Counted from the first letter of the stretch, positions 9,142-19,750 are shown. The stretch: 64,000 nt of DNA from Rhodospirillaceae bacterium (GCA_030151865.1 JASLCK010000007.1:137-64136), one strand, 5' to 3'. Notes: a model not told the origin generated them from the letters alone. Numbers and translations: made by a program.

Positions 9142-10848
9142 TTACCCTTTGAATCCGGCCCGGCTCAACAGAGCATGGAAATCCCGCAAGGCATTCTCGC
9201 GGTCTTGCGGGTTGGTGATGCCTTCCAGGAAATGCTGATCGAAATTGGGCTGCCGCAACACCGAGATGGCCCGTTGCCGGGCCATGGCCTGCGCCTTGCC
9301 CGCCGTCGGCAATACGCCCGAGGCGCAGAATTCCACCAGATGGGTGGCCCGACGGCGCAAAGGAGCGTCGGCTTCGTCCAGCTTTTCAATGATGCGTTCA
9401 GCCTGGATGTAATGCGCCAGCACATCATCAAAGCCGCCGCAAACCTCTTCCCGCACCTGCTCATCCAAAGCGGTCGCGGCAGCGACGGTCTGGTAAAGCC
9501 GGGTCACCAGCAGCATCTTGTCACGCGGCGGCCACTTTACCGGGGCCAGGGCCGCCATGCTGGGCACCCGCGCCACCGCGTAAAGCTGGGCGATGATTTG
9601 TTCCCCCAGGGTTTCGCCCAATTTGCTGGCGGCCAACTGACAGAGATAGACGGTGCGGAACAAAGGATCTTCGAACGTACCGCACATGCCATCGACGGCG
9701 GCGCGCAGGGCAGGCAGGCCCCCCTCCTCGCCCAACAGGACATAACGCCGGGTCAGGGCCTCGGCGGCCTCCGCACCACCCAGAAAGCCTTCGGGGCGGA
9801 ACAGACGCAGCGCGATTTCGCGGAAGGCTTCCCGCTCGTGGGCTGGATCATGGCGGCTCAGTGGCTGACCGCCCGCCAGTTGATATAAAAGCCGTTCCAT
9901 CAGGGTGCGCTTGGTTTCCTCCAACCGCCCCTTGGCCAACATCGGATTCAAGACATCGATCTGCTCGCGCGCGTCGCTTTTGGCGGCGGCGAACCGGCCT
10001 TCGTACAAATCGGCGATGGCGCACAAAGCCTGGGCCAGATTGCGCTGATGGCCCAAAATATCCTGCAAGGCGGTCGGCACCCCGACCACATCGGCGATGA
10101 CCCCGTCCAGCAGTCCCAGCACTTCGCTGCGCTGATCGGGGGCAGCCAACGCCACCAACCGCTCCAGCTTGCCCAACCAGTTACGGTGTTCCACCAGATC
10201 GCGCGACAGCACCACCAGGGCGTAATAATCGGCCTCGCCGGGCGGAGCCAGATTTTCGACCCGACGCAGCACTTCGTCCAAATCGTTCTTCAGCTTGGGA
10301 AGATTGGGGTTCTCGTCAGCCTTGCGGGCTTTTTGGGTCATCGCGGCGACGGATCGATAAATCTCATCGCGGCGATTGCGCGGGTCTTCGCCCAACGCCT
10401 TGCCTTGCAGCGAAGACACCCGATCGACCGCCGCCGGAAACAGGGTGTCCACTTCCTGCACCTTCTTCAAGGCGCGGTAGTTGTGCATCAGTTCGGTCGG
10501 GGTCAGATAGACTTTTTCGATATATTTGCGAAACAGCCGGTTGATGGTAACCCGGCTTTCCAGTCGGTAATATTCCTGGGGCTGACGGCAGACTGGGGCC
10601 TGATCGATGGGCACGATGGTGACGCGCATCTCTTCTTGCTTGCGCATCTCGGTCATGATCACGTTTTCCGTAACCAGTCCGTCAGCGCGTTCCCAGCACT
10701 TTAGAACCCGCACCCCTTCCGCCGAGCTTTTACCAAAAATCGTCTTGGCAGCGGCCCGCGCCGCGCTTTCCGTTTCCCTGATATCTTCGGTAGACCACCG
10801 GCCATCGCGGCAGGTTTGAATCTCGAAGCTGGCACGACCACCCGCCAT
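9142..10848 (-). CDS. Uncharacterised soluble protein (~568 aa), largely alpha-helical by composition
   Basis: Long uninterrupted ORF with native codon bias; no motif recognised; start at MAGGRASFEIQ (10848) or 10860. Confidence 0.7.
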   Translation of the reverse strand: MAGGRASFEIQTCRDGRWSTEDIRETESAARAAAKTIFGKSSAEGVRVLKCWERADGLVTENVIMTEMRKQEEMRVTIVPIDQAPVCRQPQEYYRLESRVTINRLFRKYIEKVYLTPTELMHNYRALKKVQEVDTLFPAAVDRVSSLQGKALGEDPRNRRDEIYRSVAAMTQKARKADENPNLPKLKNDLDEVLRRVENLAPPGEADYYALVVLSRDLVEHRNWLGKLERLVALAAPDQRSEVLGLLDGVIADVVGVPTALQDILGHQRNLAQALCAIADLYEGRFAAAKSDAREQIDVLNPMLAKGRLEETKRTLMERLLYQLAGGQPLSRHDPAHEREAFREIALRLFRPEGFLGGAEAAEALTRRYVLLGEEGGLPALRAAVDGMCGTFEDPLFRTVYLCQLAASKLGETLGEQIIAQLYAVARVPSMAALAPVKWPPRDKMLLVTRLYQTVAAATALDEQVREEVCGGFDDVLAHYIQAERIIEKLDEADAPLRRRATHLVEFCASGVLPTAGKAQAMARQRAISVLRQPNFDQHFLEGITNPQDRENALRDFHALLSRAGFKG

Positions 10849-10947
10849 CTTTCCCCACAAGTTTTCGGCCCCCTTTATTAATTAAGGGGGTTTAAATAAC
10901 CACGTCAACAAAGATTAAGATTTTTACACAGACCATCCCGCCCGATT

Positions 10948-11319
10948 TCAGGAATTCAGCATGCGGTTGGTCATGTCGCGGATATTACGGACGAATATAT
11001 TCAAAAGACCGCGGATAAAAGGATCGGTCTTGCGCAGCTTTTCTTCCAGAACCGCCTCGGTCACGATGACCAGGGTGGATACCTCGACGGCGCGCGCCAT
11101 GGCCATGCGGGGCTTATTGTCGACCAGCGCCATTTCCCCGAAAATACCGCCAGCTTCGATATGGCCCAACACGATCATCTCGCCGCTGGGCGATTGCTTG
11201 CTGATTTCGACCCGACCGCTTTGCACCAGATAGGCGCAACGCCGCCCCACCTCACCTTCCTTGAAGATCACTTCGCCATCGGCGTAAACCCGCCGATCCA
11301 GAACATCTCCGCTTGCCAT
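10948..11319 (-). CDS. Stand-alone cyclic-nucleotide-binding domain protein
   Basis: GGIFGEMALVDNKPRMAMARA phosphate-binding-cassette-like motif; ~123 aa with no output domain. Confidence 0.8.
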   Translation of the reverse strand: MASGDVLDRRVYADGEVIFKEGEVGRRCAYLVQSGRVEISKQSPSGEMIVLGHIEAGGIFGEMALVDNKPRMAMARAVEVSTLVIVTEAVLEEKLRKTDPFIRGLLNIFVRNIRDMTNRMLNS

Positions 11320-11547
11320 GGCTTTCCCTCCCCTTGCCGACACCATCCCGCCAACCCGTCAAAAAAGTAGCATAACGGCGTTTGCACCGCCTATGGCGAC
11401 AGAGGATTAAGCCTTCTTTTCCTGACGTTTCCTGACCGGTATTTTTCCCTATCTCCGTCGCCCCTGGTTTTGCGGGCTGTGCGGCAGTTGCCGATCCGGC
11501 GCGCCTATGCGATAGTTTAAGGACAGGTCAGACAAGGAATCTTTGCC

Positions 11548-11952
11548 GTGTCGTTTTTCTGCTGGCAGGACAAATTCAGCGTCGGCGTTGACGCCATCGA
11601 CAACGATCACCGGATTCTGGTCGATCTGATCGATCAGTTGCACGAGGCCTTTATCGACGGCCACGTGAATGAAACCGTGCGCTCCATCCTCGACGTGCTG
11701 GTGGATTACACCCATACCCACTTTGACCGCGAAGAACAGTTGATGGCCGCCGCCGGTTATCCCGACCTGGAGCGCCACAAAGCGGTTCACGCAGAACTGC
11801 GCCGTCAGGTCGAGGAAGTGCGGGAAAAGGTGCTGTCCGGCACCGCTGGCCCCAAGGTCGGCAACGAGCTGTTGGCCTTTCTGCACGACTGGCTTTATTT
11901 CCATATCCTGGAACAGGATAAGGACTACGTGCCTTACATGCGCAAGCCCTGA
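11548..11952 (+). CDS. Bacteriohemerythrin (single-domain)
   Basis: WQDKFSVGVDAIDNDHRILVDLIDQLHEA, HFDREEQLM, HKAVHAEL, LHDWLYFHILEQD = hemerythrin His/Glu/Asp ligand pattern; GTG start. Confidence 0.9.
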   Translation: MSFFCWQDKFSVGVDAIDNDHRILVDLIDQLHEAFIDGHVNETVRSILDVLVDYTHTHFDREEQLMAAAGYPDLERHKAVHAELRRQVEEVREKVLSGTAGPKVGNELLAFLHDWLYFHILEQDKDYVPYMRKP

Positions 11953-11982
11953 CTGCCGTCAGAGACTGCACCGCAAACAAAA

Positions 11983-12006
11983 CAGGCCCCGGTTTTCCGG
12001 GGCCTG
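11983..12006. terminator. Hairpin terminator between hemerythrin and panC
   Basis: CAGGCCCCGG-tttt-CCGGGGCCTG, 10-bp GC stem. Confidence 0.65.
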
Positions 12007-12030
12007 CTTCATTTCATAACGACCCAATCG

Positions 12031-12897
12031 TTACGGCAGATCGACGGCGATATTGTCGATCAGACGGGCCTTACCCAAGCGGGCCGCCACCAGGATACGG
12101 GCGGGCACCGTCAGACGGGCCAGCGGGGCCAGACCTTCGGCGGCACGCACTTCCAGATAATCGATGGAGGCGAACCCGGCCTTCAACAGTTCGGCCTTGC
12201 CCCAGGCTTCCTGCGCGGCGCTGTCGGCTCCCTTTTTCAGGGCCTCCGCCATGACCGACAGCGTGCGATGAATGGCGGGGGCGATGGCCCGTTCTTCTGC
12301 CGACAGATAGGCATTGCGCGAACTGCGGGCCAAACCGTCGCTTTCCCGCACCGTCGGCACGCCTTCGATGTTCACCGGGATATCCAGATCACGCACCATG
12401 CGGCGGATCACCTGAAGCTGCTGGTAATCCTTTTCGCCAAACAGCGCCACATCGGGCATGGCCTGCAACAGCAGCTTGGACACCACCGTCGCCACCCCGG
12501 CGAAATGCACCGGGCGGAACGCGCCGCACAGTCCTTCCGACACGCCCGCGACGGTCACGGTGGTGGAAGCACCGTCGGGATACATCTCGGACACGGTGGG
12601 GGCATACAGGGCCGACGCGCCGTTCTTCTGCAAAAGCGCGGCGTCCTGCGCTTCCTGACGCGGATAGGCGGCGAAATCTTCGTTGGGGCCGAACTGGGTC
12701 GGATTGACGAAGACGCTGGCCACCACCCGATCGGCCAGTTGCAGGGCGCGGCGCACCAGGGTCATGTGACCTTCATGCAAGGCCCCCATGGTGGGAACCA
12801 GCGCGACCTTCAGCCCCTGGGCACGCCAGGCGCGAACCTGGGCGCGCAGATCGGCGACCGAACGCAGAATGGGAAAGCTGTCGTTGGATGCAGTCAT
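12031..12897 (-). CDS. panC: Pantoate--beta-alanine ligase
   Basis: VPTMGALHEGHMTLV HIGH-like motif and full-length PanC pattern; 288 aa. Confidence 0.95.
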   Translation of the reverse strand: MTASNDSFPILRSVADLRAQVRAWRAQGLKVALVPTMGALHEGHMTLVRRALQLADRVVASVFVNPTQFGPNEDFAAYPRQEAQDAALLQKNGASALYAPTVSEMYPDGASTTVTVAGVSEGLCGAFRPVHFAGVATVVSKLLLQAMPDVALFGEKDYQQLQVIRRMVRDLDIPVNIEGVPTVRESDGLARSSRNAYLSAEERAIAPAIHRTLSVMAEALKKGADSAAQEAWGKAELLKAGFASIDYLEVRAAEGLAPLARLTVPARILVAARLGKARLIDNIAVDLP

Positions 12898-12926
12898 GAT
12901 GCTTCTTCTTTGGGAACTGCCGTCTT

Positions 12927-13751
12927 TTAAGCCTTGGGCACGCCGTAACAGTGCTCGGGCGCGGGGAAAGTGCGGGCCTTGACCTCGGCGGCGTAGGTGC
13001 GGGCCGCTTCGTCAATCTGGTCGGCCAGACTGGCGTAGCACTTGACGAACTTGGGGCGATAGGCGGTGAACATGCCCAGCATGTCCTCGCTCACCAATAC
13101 CTGACCGTCGCAGGCGGGCGATGCGCCGATACCGATGGTGGGAATATCGATTTCCGCCGAAACGCGGCGCGCCACCGCTTCGATGGTGCCTTCGATCACC
13201 ACCGAGAACGCGCCCGCATCGGCCACGGCCTTGGCATCGGCGCTGACCTTGGCGGCCTCGGCCTCGCTGCGGCCCTGAGCGCGGAAACCGCCCAAGACCT
13301 GGATGGCCTGAGGGGTCAGACCGACATGGGCCATCACCGGAATGCCACGTTCCACCAGGAAAGCGATGGTTTCAGCCATTTCGGCCCCGCCTTCCAGCTT
13401 GACCCCGCCGCAACCGACTTCCGCCATCAGACGGGCGGCGTTGCGGAAGGCCTGTTCCTTGCTTTCCTGATAGCTGCCAAACGGCATGTCCACCACCACG
13501 CAGGAGGTTTGCGACCCGCGCATCACCGCCTTGCCGTGATTGATCATCATGTCCAGGGTCACGCCCAGGGTGCTGTCCATGCCGTAAAGCACCATGCCGA
13601 GGGAATCCCCGACCAACAGCACATCGCAATGGGGATCAAGCGTGGTCGCCAACGGCGCCGAATAAGCGGTCAGGACGACAATCGGATCGCCCCCCTTGCG
13701 CTGGCGGATATCGCGGGTGGTCAGACGCTTGATCTTGATTTCAGTGCTCAC
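12927..13751 (-). CDS. panB: 3-methyl-2-oxobutanoate hydroxymethyltransferase
   Basis: [38 protein letters not shown] motifs; 274 aa; adjacent to panC. Confidence 0.95.
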   Translation of the reverse strand: MSTEIKIKRLTTRDIRQRKGGDPIVVLTAYSAPLATTLDPHCDVLLVGDSLGMVLYGMDSTLGVTLDMMINHGKAVMRGSQTSCVVVDMPFGSYQESKEQAFRNAARLMAEVGCGGVKLEGGAEMAETIAFLVERGIPVMAHVGLTPQAIQVLGGFRAQGRSEAEAAKVSADAKAVADAGAFSVVIEGTIEAVARRVSAEIDIPTIGIGASPACDGQVLVSEDMLGMFTAYRPKFVKCYASLADQIDEAARTYAAEVKARTFPAPEHCYGVPKA

Positions 13752-14010
13752 CGGCTAGCTCCTTAAGCTTACAGCATTGGGGGGCTGACGACATTGAACC
13801 CGACGCAAACCCGCCCAGGCACGCCTGGATAAAGGCTGCGGGCAGGCAAGCGTATAGCTTGATTTTTCAGGGGCGAAAAGCGGGACCGCCTTTTGTCGTT
13901 CTAATAAGCGTGCGCTTATGATGATGGCGGCAATGTCTTTGGACGTATTTTGCGAAGAAACTATGCGAATAAATCAGAAGATGCAACGAAACTGATAAAA
14001 TTCGTGTCGT

Positions 14011-14745
14011 TCAGGCCCCTTCGGCAATACGGATCAGGGCGTCGCGCTGGCGGATGGCCACATGGCTGGCGTCGGGCAGCGAGATCAGACTTTCCTTTTT
14101 AAAGGCGGTCAGAACCCGGCTGACAGTCTCGATGGTCAGGCCCAGATAATCGGCGATATCCGATCGGCTCATGGGCAGGAAAATCAGGCTGGCCGGTTCA
14201 CCGCCGCGCGACAAACGGCGCACCAGCATGGTCAGGAAGGTTGCGACCTTTTCCCGCGCGGTCTTGCGCCCCAGCAGCAGCATCTGTTCATGCGCCGCAG
14301 CCAGTTCATGGGTGGTCGCCCCCAACAGGCGCTTTTCCAGCTTGGGGACTTCCTCGAACAGGCTTTCCAGCTTGCGGCGGGGGAAACGGCAAAGATTGAC
14401 CGGGATCATCGCCTCGGCGGTATAGGCGTACCCACCGTCGATGGACAGGCCAAAAAAATCGCCGGGAAACAGAAAAGCCGTGATCTGCCGACGTCCATCG
14501 GACAGAAGCTTGTAAAGCTTCACCGCCCCTTGCGAGATCGAATAGAGATGCAGCGCCGGGTCACCTTCGCGAAACAAGGTGGTATGGGCGTCGAACTGGC
14601 TTTGCCCCAGGATCGAGACCAAACGACGGATGTCATCGGGCGACAGGCCCGAGCAGAACGCCAGTTCCCCCAGATCGCAATGAGAACAGGGCAAAGACCC
14701 AGGGTCTAGCCGTTCCCGTTCTACAGTGTGATCGAATGGAGGCAT
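14011..14745 (-). CDS. fnr: Crp/Fnr-family oxygen-responsive regulator (FnrL/FNR type)
   Basis: N-terminal Cys cluster C-x2-C-x7-C (CSHCDLGELAFC), cNMP-like beta-roll, HTH SRSDIADYLGLTIETVSRVL with E--SR recognition motif; ATG 14745 preferred to 14829. Confidence 0.9.
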   Translation of the reverse strand: MPPFDHTVERERLDPGSLPCSHCDLGELAFCSGLSPDDIRRLVSILGQSQFDAHTTLFREGDPALHLYSISQGAVKLYKLLSDGRRQITAFLFPGDFFGLSIDGGYAYTAEAMIPVNLCRFPRRKLESLFEEVPKLEKRLLGATTHELAAAHEQMLLLGRKTAREKVATFLTMLVRRLSRGGEPASLIFLPMSRSDIADYLGLTIETVSRVLTAFKKESLISLPDASHVAIRQRDALIRIAEGA

Positions 14746-14840
14746 GCTGCCCGTTAACCCCCAGCAATGACGCTTGCGTCGCGAGATGTGCGATGGGCGA
14801 TCATTATACGGCTTGGCCCCTTCGCGCAAGCCGGGGTTTT

Positions 14841-15089
14841 CTAAGGCTTCTTATTCGCGTCCTCATCTGCCCCCGTGGCCTGGGGCGCAACCGGAGTCGT
14901 AACTGCGTCCGGCTGCACCTTGGGCGTGTCGGTCAGGGGCGGGTCGTTCTCGTCATAATCGAATAAGACCCGGTTGGCGGCGCCATCCAAATCCTCGAAC
15001 TGACCGGACCGCAACGCCCACAGAAAAGCTACCAGACCAATGCCGCCCAGCATCAGGGCGACGGGGATCAGCATCAGAACAGCGGTCAC
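14841..15089 (-). CDS. ccoS: cbb3 oxidase maturation protein CcoS/FixS
   Basis: MTAVLMLIPVALMLGGIGLVAFLWALRSGQFEDLDGAANRVLFD = CcoS signature; 4-nt overlap with ccoI. Confidence 0.9.
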   Translation of the reverse strand: MTAVLMLIPVALMLGGIGLVAFLWALRSGQFEDLDGAANRVLFDYDENDPPLTDTPKVQPDAVTTPVAPQATGADEDANKKP

Positions 15090-17449
15090 CAGATCCTCCC
15101 ACGGGACAGACGCAACGCGTTGGCAATCACGATCACCGACGAGGTGGACATGGCGATGGCGGCAATCAGCGGCGTCACCATTCCCATCACCGCCATCGGC
15201 ACGGTGAAAACATTATAACCCAAAGCCAGCATGAAATTCTGCTTCACCAGCGATCCGGCCTTACGGGCCACCGCCATGGCCTCGACCACCGGGCCCAGAC
15301 GATGACCCTGGAAGATCAGATCGGCGGCGGTTTGGCTGACATCGACGGCAGAGGACGGCGACATCGAAACATGGGCCGCAGCCAAGGCCGGGGCATCGTT
15401 CAGGCCGTCGCCGACCATCAGCACCTTTTTGCCCTGAGCATCCAACTCGGCCAGACGGGCGCATTTGTCGGCGGGCGTACAGGCGGCACGCCACGTGGTG
15501 ATGCCCAGTTGCCCGGCCACATGGGCCACGGTAGCGGCACGGTCGCCCGACAACAGTTCGACGGCAAAGCCCTTGCGCTTCAGGGTCGCCACCACCTCGA
15601 TGGCGTCGGGGCGCAAAGTGTCGGCAAAGGCAAAGCGCACCGGAGCCTGACCGGGACGAGCCAGAAACAGTTCAGGGCCGATCTGTTCCTGCTGATCCTC
15701 GGCAAGGCCCAGCCAGCGGCGGCTGCCCAAACGGACATCGCCCCATTCCAGACCACAGCCCGGTACTTCGCGCACGCCGTCCAGCACCTTGACGTTGGCC
15801 ACGGCGCGGGCAATGGCGCGCGACACCGGATGCTTGCTGGCCGCGGCGATAGAGGCCGCCAGCCGCAAATCCTCCAGGCTTTGGCCATCCTCCACCAGTT
15901 CCGGGCGCCCCTGGGTCAGGGTGCCGGTCTTATCGAAGACGATGGTGTCCACATGGGCGAGGCGTTCCTGGGCGGTAGGCGACTTCAGCAAGATGCCCTG
16001 ACGCAGCAGACGGCCCGACGCCACCACCTGCACCACCGGCACCGCCAGCGCCAGGGCGCAGGGGCAAGTGATGATCAGGACCGAGACGGCATAAAGCAAA
16101 GCCACCTGCCAGGGTGTGTTGGTGAACACTTCCCAGCCGATAAAGGTGGACAGGCCCATCAGATGCACCACGGGGGCGTAATAGCGGGCCACCCGGTCGG
16201 CGATGGCGACATAACGGGCGCGGCCCTGTTCGGCCACCTCCATCATGCGCACGATGCCCGACAGCAAGGTATCCTCGCCCACGGCCGTCACCGCCAGGCG
16301 CAAAGGCCCCGACAGGTTCATAGTGCCCGCAAACACCGCCGTCCCAATGGTCACCAGGGCGGGCACACTCTCGCCGGTGATCAGGCTGGTATCGACTTCC
16401 GATTCGCCCGACAGCACGGTGCCGTCGATGCCGATGCGTTCCCCCGCCGCCACCAGCACCGTCATGCCCACCTGAACCTGATCGGCAGGCAACAGGCGGC
16501 GTCCACCGTCATCATCGAGAACCGTTACGGCGGTGGCGCCCAGGGACAGAAGATGTTCCGCCGCCGACCGGGCACGCCCACGGGCGCGACTGTCCAGATA
16601 GCGGCCAATCAGCAGGAAAAACAGCAGGGAGATAGCGGCGTCGAAATAGGCATGCTGGCCGCCCTGGATGGTTTCCCACAGGCTCATCCCCGACGCCAGG
16701 GCAACACCGATGGTGATCGGCACATCCATGTTGCTGCGCTTGGCCGCCAGCGCCGTAAAGGCCGACTTGGCAAAGGGCCGCACGCAGTAAACCACGGCAG
16801 GCATGGCAATCAGGGCGGAAATCCAATGGAACAGTTGGCGGGTCGCCCAATCCATGCTGCCCGACGCCCCCGCCCAGATGGAGACGGAAAACAGCATGAC
16901 ATTGCCCGCCGCAAAGCCTGCCACCGCCATCGAACGCAGCAGCGCTTTTTCCTGGCGCTCGGATTCGCGCCCCAGTCGGGCCGGATCATAGGGCAACAGA
17001 TGGTAACCGATGGCGCCAACCTGCCCCAACAGGCTGTTGGCGTCGTTCTCGTCGGCCTTCCAACGCACCACTAGGCGCCGCGTGGTCATGTTCAGGCGGG
17101 CTTCCACCACGCCCTTTTGCTTGGCCAGCAAGCTTTCGATCAGCCAGACGCAGGCAGCGCAATGCATGCCCTCGACCATCAGATGCAGACTGGCAATTCC
17201 CTCGGCGTCAACTTTGACGTGGGGAGTGAAATCGACCGGCCCCTCGTCCTCGTCGGGGCGCAAGGGGCGCACCGCCGGATCGATGGAGCGACGGCGGTAA
17301 TACCCTTCCAACCCCTGCCCCCGCACCAGGGCGTAAGCGGCCTGACAGCCGTGACAGCAAAAATCGGGACCGGCGTCAGACGCCGATCCCACTTCGGAAC
17401 CGCAATGGGCACACAAGGTCATGGTCAAGGATACCGTCAGGTCGGGCAA
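15086..17449 (-). CDS. ccoI: Copper-translocating P1B-type ATPase CcoI/FixI
   Basis: N-terminal CxxC pairs, HMA-like MHCAACV, transmembrane CPC (ITCPCALAL), FDKTGTLT, GDGLNDAP; the start may be the internal MTLCAHCG. Confidence 0.95.
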   Translation of the reverse strand: MPDLTVSLTMTLCAHCGSEVGSASDAGPDFCCHGCQAAYALVRGQGLEGYYRRRSIDPAVRPLRPDEDEGPVDFTPHVKVDAEGIASLHLMVEGMHCAACVWLIESLLAKQKGVVEARLNMTTRRLVVRWKADENDANSLLGQVGAIGYHLLPYDPARLGRESERQEKALLRSMAVAGFAAGNVMLFSVSIWAGASGSMDWATRQLFHWISALIAMPAVVYCVRPFAKSAFTALAAKRSNMDVPITIGVALASGMSLWETIQGGQHAYFDAAISLLFFLLIGRYLDSRARGRARSAAEHLLSLGATAVTVLDDDGGRRLLPADQVQVGMTVLVAAGERIGIDGTVLSGESEVDTSLITGESVPALVTIGTAVFAGTMNLSGPLRLAVTAVGEDTLLSGIVRMMEVAEQGRARYVAIADRVARYYAPVVHLMGLSTFIGWEVFTNTPWQVALLYAVSVLIITCPCALALAVPVVQVVASGRLLRQGILLKSPTAQERLAHVDTIVFDKTGTLTQGRPELVEDGQSLEDLRLAASIAAASKHPVSRAIARAVANVKVLDGVREVPGCGLEWGDVRLGSRRWLGLAEDQQEQIGPELFLARPGQAPVRFAFADTLRPDAIEVVATLKRKGFAVELLSGDRAATVAHVAGQLGITTWRAACTPADKCARLAELDAQGKKVLMVGDGLNDAPALAAAHVSMSPSSAVDVSQTAADLIFQGHRLGPVVEAMAVARKAGSLVKQNFMLALGYNVFTVPMAVMGMVTPLIAAIAMSTSSVIVIANALRLSRGRIW

Positions 17450-17483
17450 ACGAAGCGCGCGGGCGGCAAGATCACCGGAAAAA

Positions 17484-17993
17484 TCAGGGGATCATCACCC
17501 GCTGGGTCAGTTGGTAATCATCCTCGCCCTTCTTGGCGATCAGATGAATATCCCACAGCCCGGCCAGCGGCAGCTTGGCGACGGCGACATAGCGGCCCTC
17601 ACCCTGCTCGGCCAAGGCGAAGCGGTTGTCATAGCCTTCCTTGGTGGGCCGGATCAGTTCCACCTTGGCCGTCACCCCAGTCAGGGCCGCACCAGCCTTG
17701 TCCTTGAAGGTCACAACGATATCGGCGTCATGCACCTGATCATTGTTGCCGTCATGGGGAATGACCTGGGCATCGACCTGCCAGCCCAACAGCTTCTGAC
17801 GGGCCGCCTGGGCCAGGACCTGGTTGTAAGCCAGGCCCTTTTCATAGGCGTTTTCCGTCTGCACGCCGGTAAAGCTGCTCTTGGCGAAATAGGCCATGGT
17901 CAGATTGACCACCAGCACGACGCCGAACACACCGACGAAAATATAGGGATACCACCAACCAGGGCGGCGCTTGGTCACGGTTGCAGTCATCAT
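17484..17993 (-). CDS. ccoH: CcoH/FixH cbb3 oxidase assembly protein
   Basis: Single N-terminal TM followed by a FixH-like beta domain; position between ccoG and ccoI. Confidence 0.85.
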   Translation of the reverse strand: MMTATVTKRRPGWWYPYIFVGVFGVVLVVNLTMAYFAKSSFTGVQTENAYEKGLAYNQVLAQAARQKLLGWQVDAQVIPHDGNNDQVHDADIVVTFKDKAGAALTGVTAKVELIRPTKEGYDNRFALAEQGEGRYVAVAKLPLAGLWDIHLIAKKGEDDYQLTQRVMIP

Positions 17994-19471
17994 TGTTCAG
18001 GCCCCGCGAAAATGTTGTCATGACGAACGACCCGCCCGGTATCCAGGTTGGTCAGGCTGAAGGTCAGATTGGCCGACTTGCCGGTCAGCGAGCCCTTGGG
18101 CGCGGTGACAAACAGGCGATAGGTGCTGACATCATCGCCAGGCGTGGTCAATTTGACTTCGGTCTGGTCATCACCGTCCATGCCGATGATGCTCATGGTC
18201 GCTCCTTCGACGCCGCTGAGCGACAAGGCGAAGTGACCATCGCCGCGCACCATATCCAAGACCTTGATGACATAGCCGTTGCGGATGCGGTTGCCCGACA
18301 GTTCCACATAAACCGGGCTGCGTTCATGCAACACGTTCAGGTCAAAGGTCTTACGGGTGGACAGGCTGTAGATCATCACCACCGCCACCAGCGAGATGAC
18401 GGCCAGATAGACATAAACGCGCGGACGCAAAAGCTTGGTGCGGCTCTTGGCGTCACCGATGGCGCGCGCCTGCATGTTGTATTGCGAGTCATAGCTGATC
18501 AGGCCATGCGGCAGACCGAAGCGGTCCATGATGCTGTTGCAGGCATCAACGCACAGAGCACAGCCGATACAGGCCAACTGGCTGCCGTTGCGGATGTCGA
18601 TACCGGTCGGGCAAACCTGAACGCACATCTTGCAGTCCACGCAATGACCACGTCCGGCAAAAGCTTCGTCGGCGGTGCGGCCCTTCAGCCCCCCCTTCAG
18701 ATAGCCGCGCGGCTCGCCGCGCCAGGCTTCATAGCTAACGATCATCGAATGTTCGTCGAACATCGCGCCCTGGAAGCGGGAATAGGGGCACATATAGACG
18801 CAGACATCTTCGCGCACGAACCCGGCCAGCAGATAGCAGAACGAAGCCATCAGGGCGATGGTGCCGTACATGGTGGTGCTGGACTGGGCCGTAAAGATTT
18901 CCAGCGCGGCCGTGGGCGCGTTCTCGAAATAAAGGACAAAGCCCAACCCAAAGGCCAGCGACACCAGGATCCAACAGAAATGGGTCGCGGCCTTGCGCCA
19001 CAGCCTGTTGAAGGTAAACCCTTCACGGTCCAGCATCATGCGACGGTTGCGGTCACCCTGGAACAGGTTTTCAAACCACACAAACAGGTCGGTGAAGACT
19101 GTTTGCCAACAGGCGAAACCACACCAGACGCGGCCCAGCAGGGCCGAGACGAAGAACAGGCCCAAGGCTGCGATGATCAAAATGCCGGTCAGGTAATAGA
19201 CTTCCTGCGGCCAAATCTCGATGAAGAAGAAATAAGCCCGGCGGCCAGGCAGGTCGATCAGAATGGCCTGATCGGCGGCACCCGGGCCCCGGTCCCAGCG
19301 GATCCACGGGGCTAACCAGAAAAACCCCAGCATCGCCGCCATCCCCAGCCATTTCAGGCGGCGGAAAATCCCCGCATTGAAATAGCGCGGATAGGCCTTT
19401 GCCCGCGAGGAATACAGAGACTGCTTTTCCGAGGGGTCGCCCCCGGACACCGCTTCATTCGTCGACGCCAT
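17990..19471 (-). CDS. ccoG: CcoG/FixG 4Fe-4S ferredoxin-type membrane protein
   Basis: CVDCKMCVQVCP and CIGCALCVDAC ferredoxin motifs, multiple TMs; ATG 19471 (MASTNEAV) preferred because an FNR-type box lies inside the longer ORF to 19603. Confidence 0.9.
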   Translation of the reverse strand: MASTNEAVSGGDPSEKQSLYSSRAKAYPRYFNAGIFRRLKWLGMAAMLGFFWLAPWIRWDRGPGAADQAILIDLPGRRAYFFFIEIWPQEVYYLTGILIIAALGLFFVSALLGRVWCGFACWQTVFTDLFVWFENLFQGDRNRRMMLDREGFTFNRLWRKAATHFCWILVSLAFGLGFVLYFENAPTAALEIFTAQSSTTMYGTIALMASFCYLLAGFVREDVCVYMCPYSRFQGAMFDEHSMIVSYEAWRGEPRGYLKGGLKGRTADEAFAGRGHCVDCKMCVQVCPTGIDIRNGSQLACIGCALCVDACNSIMDRFGLPHGLISYDSQYNMQARAIGDAKSRTKLLRPRVYVYLAVISLVAVVMIYSLSTRKTFDLNVLHERSPVYVELSGNRIRNGYVIKVLDMVRGDGHFALSLSGVEGATMSIIGMDGDDQTEVKLTTPGDDVSTYRLFVTAPKGSLTGKSANLTFSLTNLDTGRVVRHDNIFAGPEQ

Positions 19472-19538
19472 GGCTCGCCTGAAGTCCAGAATTGTTCCAA
19501 AGATGCTTAACGAATCGCCCATCTGGACCGTCAAACCC

Positions 19539-19552
19539 TTAACCTTGATCAA
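19539..19552. promoter_or_regulatory. FNR/FixK-type box upstream of ccoG
   Basis: TTAACCTTGATCAA (reverse strand TTGATCAAGGTTAA): one perfect TTGAT half-site and one TTAAC half-site with N4 spacer, ~75 nt upstream of the ccoG ATG. Confidence 0.6.
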
Positions 19553-19750
19553 GGGTGTCGCCATCCGGACGGCATGCGGTCCTGTCGGGGAACATGCCCC
19601 CAAACCCTAGGCCGCGGGCCGCATGATAGGACAAGAATCGGTCCGGTGAATAAGAAATATAGTCCACCCCGCAGGGGAAAACGCTTTTGCGCCACCAGCC
19701 GCCCCCTCTATGACCTTAATTGCCCGGAACGGCTGTAGAATCAAATTTCC

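Noticed and set aside
13906-13921. Imperfect palindrome ATAAGCGTGCGCTTAT upstream of panB
   Set aside because: It is 7/8 symmetric, isolated, has no known regulator for panBC with this motif, and could easily arise by chance.
15302-17074. 590-aa ORF on the + strand
   Set aside because: Antisense to the CcoI P-type ATPase (DKTGT, CPC, GDGLNDAP all present on the minus strand). Shadow ORF.
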